Origin: Schmidtea nova
Taxonomy: Eukaryota
Length of the DNA stretch: 64,000 nt
Assembly (NCBI GenBank): GCA_044892505.1
Contig: CM097883.1
Span: 334,614,001 to 334,678,000, forward strand
Direction of reading: 5' to 3'
Of the stretch, positions 56,574 to 64,000 are shown piece by piece. The notes under the pieces were generated by a model. That model saw nothing but the letters and a program-made list of their open reading frames with translations, was not told the origin of the DNA and ran no database searches. Each line of letters opens with the position of its first letter. Within the stretch, counting starts at the first letter, position 1. A program made the translations under genes and the position numbers.

Positions 56574-57209
56574 TCAACTGAATGCTCTCAATTCCTGATC
56601 CGCAGTATGTTCATCGCGACGAATTCCATTCTCCCAATACATTTCCGGGGCTGGGTTCCAACTCAGTTTATCTTTGTAGATAAACACCTCCCAGAGGCGA
56701 AGCTCCTCGAGCTCGGGGTGTTGTTCTAATGACACGCTTCCTGGCGCGTTGGAGTAGGCGAAGACTTCCTCAGTGTAGCGACACCGAGGCCTGTCTAACA
56801 GCGTGTATCCTAATCGATGAAGAGCCCTTCCCGTCATCATTTCATTACTCAATAACCAACGGGGTCGTTGCTGTCCATCGAGGAATTGATAGAACCATCG
56901 GTCGGTTCTTGGTTCGGCAGGGTCCAAGGTGGACATCCAATCGGGGTCTCCTTCCCATCGTAATTGTATCGTGAAGGCGCAAGCCGGAATATCGGCGGCT
57001 GCACTCATATGATGTCTTATCCACCGGCGTAGGTGTCGACGTGCAATTTCGCTAATTCGGCGGGGAGCTTCTGTTTCTCCCTCGATGGTAGGGTTCCTCT
57101 TTGGCCGGATGATGGAACGGGTACGTCGTTTTCTCTGGATGACATAATCCTCCACGTTCATATGTCGAGAGTCGATCAGATCCGTTTGGTATCCTTCTGT
57201 CTTTATCAT
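56574..57209 (-). CDS. LTR-encoded protein of unknown function (5' LTR copy)
   Basis: Identical translation to the 3' LTR copy. Confidence 0.7.
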   Translation of the reverse strand: MIKTEGYQTDLIDSRHMNVEDYVIQRKRRTRSIIRPKRNPTIEGETEAPRRISEIARRHLRRWIRHHMSAAADIPACAFTIQLRWEGDPDWMSTLDPAEPRTDRWFYQFLDGQQRPRWLLSNEMMTGRALHRLGYTLLDRPRCRYTEEVFAYSNAPGSVSLEQHPELEELRLWEVFIYKDKLSWNPAPEMYWENGIRRDEHTADQELRAFS

Positions 57210-58115
57210 GTGGCTGAAGATAAGAATTTTGTTAGTGTGATAGATTTGTCGGGTGAGCACAATTATTTGTACCCGTCGACCTACTCGACTTAAGGGTGAA
57301 ACTCTGTATGCTTCAGTCGGTGGTTCAGTGTTAAACCGGCCCGATGTTCGAGATACCATGTAGGTCGTATTTTATTATCATTGGTGGTGAATGCATTTAT
57401 TCTATTGAGTATACTAGTTGGCCACGCATAATTCATCGTGCCGTTTATGATAATTTATTTTTCATCTACGATGATCACTTGACCATTTATTATGTTTGAA
57501 TGTTATTATCTGCGAGACATTTTTCGTTTCTATTCACAACAATCATGCTCAATCACTCCTCAGGTTTTATCTCCAAACATCATCCTCAACTACCAATGAT
57601 CATCTTATCCGGGGAACACGCTCAATCCCTTACTCATACTAATTTGAGACTGGTCATACTATCGTCTCTTATTATGGGTGTTTACCTCTCATACCTTTCG
57701 AGGATTGCAAACGGGTGTTGAAAAAACATTGTGATTTATTATTAACCTCCGACACTGGTACTATTCGTCTCTTAACTTGTGTTACTTATGGCTCGCATGA
57801 CCCTACTCTCGTCGTCATCAATGTCCCTGGTTACATATACCTACCGCTCGTTACGGTATTGCTACGACGTATATCGTTCGGGCTCAATTATCTTTACCTT
57901 TCTAGATATCCTATGTGCATTTAACCCCTTTCCGTTTACTAAGTATTTAGTAAACCTATGGTCCCGCCGCATCAGCACCTCACATGGAAATGTGTTGTGC
58001 TGAGAGGCCCAAGAATCCGTCAGGCTGTTAGGCCTCCGGAAAACCTTATTGATTTTAATATGATTATAAAATTATGAGGGTTTAAACACATCAATAACAT
58101 AACTCCAAATTACCT

Positions 58116-58251
58116 TTTATTTCCAATTCGGTTTTACAATGTCTTCCGTAAAAGTGACTGTTGTACTGATTTACCTTCAGTAAAAATGACATTGTCAAAT
58201 ACTGATTTGACTTCAGTATTTATACTCAACCGGTGTTGTTGGTTAGCCAAT
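58116..58251 (-). promoter_or_regulatory. Candidate LTR promoter and poly(A) region
   Basis: CCAAT (plus strand 58247-58251), minus-strand TATAAATAC (58224-58216), donor-like AAG|GTAAAT (58175/58174), AATAAA (58121-58116). Confidence 0.45.
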
Positions 58252-58668
58252 CAGCATCGAGTATGTGTGTATGTTTGCTTCATTTTTTCATATTGTCGGC
58301 TTTTTGCTGCCTAACTTAACTCACCGATTTATTTGGTTAATCATGCGGTAAGTTTATTTTTTGTATGATTTAATTTTTATTTGATTTTGCTTTAGCTCTT
58401 CGGTGACATCCGCCCACGCGCTGTCATATTCAGATTTTATCTGCTTCGCATGAGTGAGTTCTTGAGTTTTATTTTGTTTTGGTTAATACTTTATTTCTTT
58501 TAGATGTTGCCGCTCATTTTGTTACGCTTTGGTGTTGGTAATTTATTTTGTTGTTATTCTGTTGTAAATTTAGTTTATTGATTGTATATTATTTTCAGAT
58601 GCTGCTCGATTTGGCTGGCCCAACATTCATCATCCTTCTCAATTTCTACCTTAAGGCAAAATTGTATT

Positions 58669-58844
58669 NNNNNNNNNNNNNNNNNNNNNNNNNNNNNNNN
58701 NNNNNNNNNNNNNNNNNNNNNNNNNNNNNNNNNNNNNNNNNNNNNNNNNNNNNNNNNNNNNNNNNNNNNNNNNNNNNNNNNNNNNNNNNNNNNNNNNNNN
58801 NNNNNNNNNNNNNNNNNNNNNNNNNNNNNNNNNNNNNNNNNNNN
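58669..58844. other. Assembly gap (N run)
   Basis: Run of N. Confidence 1.
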
Positions 58845-59286
58845 GGGTTGCTGACCTTAACACAAATTGACTCCTATTAATAAGATATGTAATAAATAAA
58901 TGAATATATCTATAAATATAACGATATTAATGTGGTTGCGTGTATTAGTTATTATAGATATAATCTATAAAAGAAAAACCAACTTTACTTTCAAATTTTA
59001 TTTAAACAATTTACAAAATGGTATTCAAGCGTTTATACAAAAAGATTTCTTGTAGAAAGAACAATAAAGACTGTGGATTAAACTAATCCCTGCTGTTTGT
59101 GGCAGCCTGCAAGAAATCGTTGGCACCTCAGTAGCACAACGATCGCTAAGAATTTTTACACAAGAATGGACAAGCAAGAGGGAATGATTTTGGGGCACCC
59201 AGAGGATACTAAAGTAAGCTACGTTACTTTGTATCCGCTTAAAAACTAAAAAAAAAATATTTTAAAACTAAAAAGATAAATTTATC
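58845..59286. repeat. Dispersed repeat family B, copy 2
   Basis: Alignable to 7191-7631. Confidence 0.9.
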
Positions 59287-59656
59287 TACAGAAAGATTCT
59301 ACAGAAAGTATTTTTTTATAATAATAATAATAATATATTTTCCCCTTTTTTGGATTCTTGTATCCCGTCATCCCACGTTTATTAAACTATAAGTAAAAAT
59401 TTCATTATCATCTTTATTCTCCTCACAAATGTAGAGTAATGATATTAAAATGGAAGCAATGACATAATACCGACGGAAATGCTATCTGGTTAAAGAGGAT
59501 CGTTTGAATATGCTCTATTTGAATAAGCACTGAAACCGATCGAAGCAGAGAAATAATATTTCAACAGCAATCGATAAATCTTATCCAAAATATAATTTGG
59601 TATGAATTCAGCTAAATTTCCCTTTATTTGAGTAAATTTTATTACCAATATATTGT

Positions 59657-59899
59657 NNNNNNNNNNNNNNNNNNNNNNNNNNNNNNNNNNNNNNNNNNNN
59701 NNNNNNNNNNNNNNNNNNNNNNNNNNNNNNNNNNNNNNNNNNNNNNNNNNNNNNNNNNNNNNNNNNNNNNNNNNNNNNNNNNNNNNNNNNNNNNNNNNNN
59801 NNNNNNNNNNNNNNNNNNNNNNNNNNNNNNNNNNNNNNNNNNNNNNNNNNNNNNNNNNNNNNNNNNNNNNNNNNNNNNNNNNNNNNNNNNNNNNNNNNN
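59657..59899. other. Assembly gap (N run)
   Basis: Run of N. Confidence 1.
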
Positions 59900-60849
59900 A
59901 AACCATAATAAAAATAATAATAATAATAATAGTTGTGATACTTTTTAATTTATGATTCCAGTTTTCAGTGGTATTTGGTTTTTAAAACGAATTATATGCA
60001 GAGCTCCAATTAATAATGCGTGATTTGTTGTTGGTCGCCAAATGTTGATTTTAAAATTGCCTCTATATTTATAACAATGCACATGGATGTTAAATTCACC
60101 TCAACCAAACTCACTGAGCAAATAATTATTGGCAAAGCAGTTCTATTATTTTCAAATTTTCCTAAAAATCTCATATTGTTTGTCTTTATTTATTTATTCT
60201 CATAATTAAAACATTTTATTCATTTTCTCTATATTTATTTTTGATGATATATAAATATAATAATACATTAATAATAATAACCATAATACTGGAGGTAATA
60301 ATATTAACCATAATAATACTATTAGTAATAACAGTAATGATAATTATATTATAATGATAGTTATAATGATAATAACTATTATTTCTCTAATGATAATAAC
60401 AACAATAGTTATTGTTGGGGTATTATAATGTTTTATTTAATAATAGTGCTGAAATTTATTTATGTTGAAGTTTGGTAGCTTGTTAATTACTTTAGGAAAC
60501 TGTAGAGCCCAGCAGAGTCACCGATAAAAAAACTGTCTTGGGACAGCTGGGATGCGTGTTATTTTGTTTTGAATGTATGTATACTTGTGTGCTTGTGTAT
60601 TTATTAAGTGTTGATACAATATTATACAGATAAAATATTACAACGACAAAAATAACGTTTCGAAAACAAACTTTTATTGAATAAAATGAAATAATCTATA
60701 ACCAGTACTCACGTAAATTCGTTAATTTTTAATTGTGTTCGCCTTCTTATTTATTATTGTCGCTGTAGTTGTTTCTTTAGTTGTGAATTTCAATTGTTAA
60801 TTTTTTATTCAATTTTCTGATTGCCTCTCTAGTTTTCCCAATCCAACAC

Positions 60850-61330
60850 TAAATACGACAACTTTCAAATTTCTAATCAAGCTATTTTATAGAAATTTAA
60901 ATTTAGTATATACTTTATTACAATGAAAACTCAATAAAGTTATATTATCTAGATGAAAAATGCAAAAATTAATTACAAAACACGTCTACATTACAAACAT
61001 ACCAATAAACCAATTTTCTAAACAAGCCATTTTATAGGAAATTAAATTTTACCTATACTTTATTACAATGAAAAATACGTAAAGCTACTTTATATTGTTG
61101 AAAAATTGAAAATTCTAAAAATATACCTGTACATCACAAAATACGACAACTTTCAGATTTCTAATCAGGCCATTTTAGAGGAAATTAAATTTTACCTATA
61201 CTTTATTACAATGAAAGCTTAAAAAATGTTATTTTAATTAGGTGAAATATACAAATTTTATGACAAAACACGTATGCACAACAATATACACAACATTTTG
61301 AATTTTTAATCAAGCCATCTTGTAAACAAT
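60850..61330. repeat. Degenerate tandem repeat, about 145-bp period, about 3 copies
   Basis: Recurrent tttctaatcaagc.attttata..aaattaaattt..ctatactttattacaatgaaa. Confidence 0.7.
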
Positions 61331-64000
61331 AAAATTCTGTCTATCTATTGTTTTACTAAAAACTCGATCATGCCGGTTAATCGACTCTAAAAGGCGTTTG
61401 AAATTTTGTATATATACAGTAATATTTGAATATATACAGTAATATTATAAGTTTAAACTTTAATTTTCTATTAAAAGGTTTGATACAAAATTTAAAGGTT
61501 GTCGTACTTTATGTTGCACACTTGTTTGTTTAGAATTGGCTGAATTGTTTGAATTTTTATAACATCTTTGCAAAAATTATGGTGATTTGGAATACTTTTT
61601 CATATGAATATTGGATACATTTCTGTATGAATTTATTGAACAGAGAATATTTTGAGTTCGGAATATATTATTTTTAACTACTTTGTTAATAATTTCTGGT
61701 TATTTTATACGTTTTTAATAAAATTATTAAATATTGACTTATTTTTTAACAGTTTATTAAAGAATATTAAGTGTGAAATATATTTTTTAATTAAACTTTA
61801 CTATTTGATTACGTTTTGTTTAAAAGTCTTGAGTGTATAATATATTTTTTATTAAAATTTACCGGTCGACTAAATTTTATTATTTTGAAATATAATTTGA
61901 ATAAATATTTTGAGTGTTGGTTTAATTTTATAATTAAAACTTTATTGAATTTATAAAACTATTGGTTAATTTTATTTTCAATGACTATTTTCAGTGTTGA
62001 ATTAAATATTTAATGAATTTTAATTAATTTAATTTTTAATATTGGTAGTGCTTTTTAACTCAAATTAATGGACACAATGTATTTTAACAGTTTGATACAT
62101 TTTAAATAAATATTTTCAATAAACATTCTGAGTCAGGAATTATATTGGTAATGAACTTTAATTAATTTAAGATTACTTTTATTAAATCTCTTTGTCTTTG
62201 ATACAACCGCTTTAAAATCAGTTAATTATAAGAAATTAATAATCTTATTAAATTAATTTTAGGCAAGAGATCGAATTTAAATAATGAAAATTTTATTTTA
62301 TTTAGAATTTATTGACTATATGTTAATTTAAAATAATAATAGTTCTCGAATCATGACGAATATTAAAAAATAATTTACCTAATTTTATAATAATTTAAAT
62401 CACCTTATAATTTTAAAAGCTTATTTTAGGCAGAGATTTTATTTAAATCTCTTTTTTTGTTATTATAATTAAACATCCTTAGTTTAAATGTCATTTATTT
62501 TAAATATTTTAAGATAAAATTTTAATCATTTCAAAAGAAATATAAATATAATCAATAATTTTAATTATTTCAGCAAATATTTTATTTTAATAATCATTTT
62601 ATAAATATATATTTACATTTATATTTACAATTATTTTAAACAGACTATTTTAGTCATAACATTATGTAATTTAATTAATTTTTCTTCTCTTATTTTAATA
62701 AATTTAAATTAAAGTTTAGAAAATATTTTTAAATTTTCGCATTTCAACAGAAACAAATAATTTAAACAAATTAATTTAATAATAATTTTAGATAATAAAT
62801 TAATTTTTCTTTTTTGTAATTAATTAATTTAAATTTTAGATTTTAATTTTTGAATAATCGAATTTTAAGAGAAATAATTTATTTAAACAAATTAGTTTAT
62901 TAATTTGGAATAATTTTAATAAATAAATTTGAAATAGAATATATTTTAATTATTTATTTATCAAATTTATATTAAATTTTTATTATGATTTACATGATAA
63001 TTACTTTAAATTTTATATTAATTATATAAAATTAATAAAATTCTAATTTCTAGGCGAATTTATGAAAATACACAATTTTATTGCTAATATGCGAGTGACT
63101 TTATTTGATGTTCCATTTGACTAAACGTATTGTTAACGTAATTTTAAGATAATTTTATTTCAGTATAATATAATGTATTGCTAGTAAATATTGAAATAAT
63201 ATTTTCACTATCTAAAGTAAAATTGTGATATATTTAAAAGATATTAAACCAAAATGAAGATGAATAGATGAAATAAAAATATATATAAAATCTATTTTTG
63301 TGATTCGGAAATTTATGTTACAGTTCAGTCAGTAATAAATATTTAGTATAATTTAAATGTTATAAACTTTTTCTAGATAAATTTATATTGTCGTTATTTT
63401 CGTGGATTCAAATTTTTATAATTAAGTTGCATGTGTATTAGTGAACACAATAAAAATGTGTAAATTATCGATAAACTTTGTTATAGATTGATGCTAAAAT
63501 ATGAAGAATCATCAGTACTTGAAAGAAATTCAATAAGTTTTTAACAATTAATTAGGATAATAAAACAATTTACTTTTGCGTAATTATTATTTTGATGAGA
63601 TTTATTGTTACTTACTACAATGTCTTTAGAAGACAATGTAAAGTATTCAATATATTCTGCTAAAACTTTAGTAATGAATGTTTATGAATTTGTAATATAA
63701 AATTAATATCACAGGAGATTTTGATGTTTTCTTTGCAGTTTTAACTATATGTTAATCCATTATTACATTTTTGTCAGTAAAATATTTTGGAAATTATATT
63801 AAAGATTGAAAAACTATCAACTTTTAAATAATTATTTCTTTTATTTAGAATAATTTATGAAAGAATACTTATAATTTGGTATGAATTGATCATTTAATAA
63901 AGAAATTTAAGTAAAGATTTTATAAAATTTTATATTTTAACATAATTAATTTATAATAACAATTACATGGTATTTTAGAAGCCAGAATATAGTAAAATGC

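Larger units (their letters stand above)
27112..58625 (-). mobile_element. Giant (31,514 bp) env-bearing Ty3/Gypsy LTR retroelement, Burro-like
   Basis: TG...CA outer ends, TTCA flanking both sides (27108-27111, 58626-58629), near-identical LTRs, PBS, gag, PR-RT-RH-IN order, many co-oriented accessory ORFs. Confidence 0.95.
55436..58625 (-). repeat. 5' LTR (3190 bp)
   Basis: Matches 29313-32502; TGTTGG start at 58625; followed by the PBS. Confidence 0.93.

Noticed and set aside
61330-64000. Possible host exons in the AT-rich right end
   Set aside because: No ORF or motif support; splice-like signals are too common in such AT-rich DNA

Overview
AT-rich eukaryotic genomic DNA with three N gaps, probably an invertebrate; a planarian flatworm is my inference from the element type. 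It is dominated by a young 31.5-kb minus-strand Ty3/Gypsy LTR retroelement (27112-58625, TG...CA ends, 4-bp TTCA target-site duplication) resembling the giant planarian Burro class. The true LTRs are 3190 bp with a tRNA-Pro-type PBS. The 3' end carries an extra PBS, 1.85 kb of leader and a terminal LTR stub. The element encodes Gag with 3 CCHC knuckles and a 3410-codon ORF in which a chuvirus/gB-like glycoprotein sits in frame upstream of PR-RT-RNaseH-IN, followed by ankyrin repeats and Fn3-like membrane modules. It also carries apoptosis/ubiquitin-signalling cargo: a full-length TRAF, an IAP-type RING, two ubiquitin-like domains and a frameshift-split Bcl-2-like domain. The left 27 kb holds an uninterrupted hAT transposase ORF, piggyBac, MULE and Polinton-type polB relics, a piggyBac MITE, a 111-bp palindrome and LTR-like fragments. 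All domain calls are by-eye motif recognition, with no database searches.
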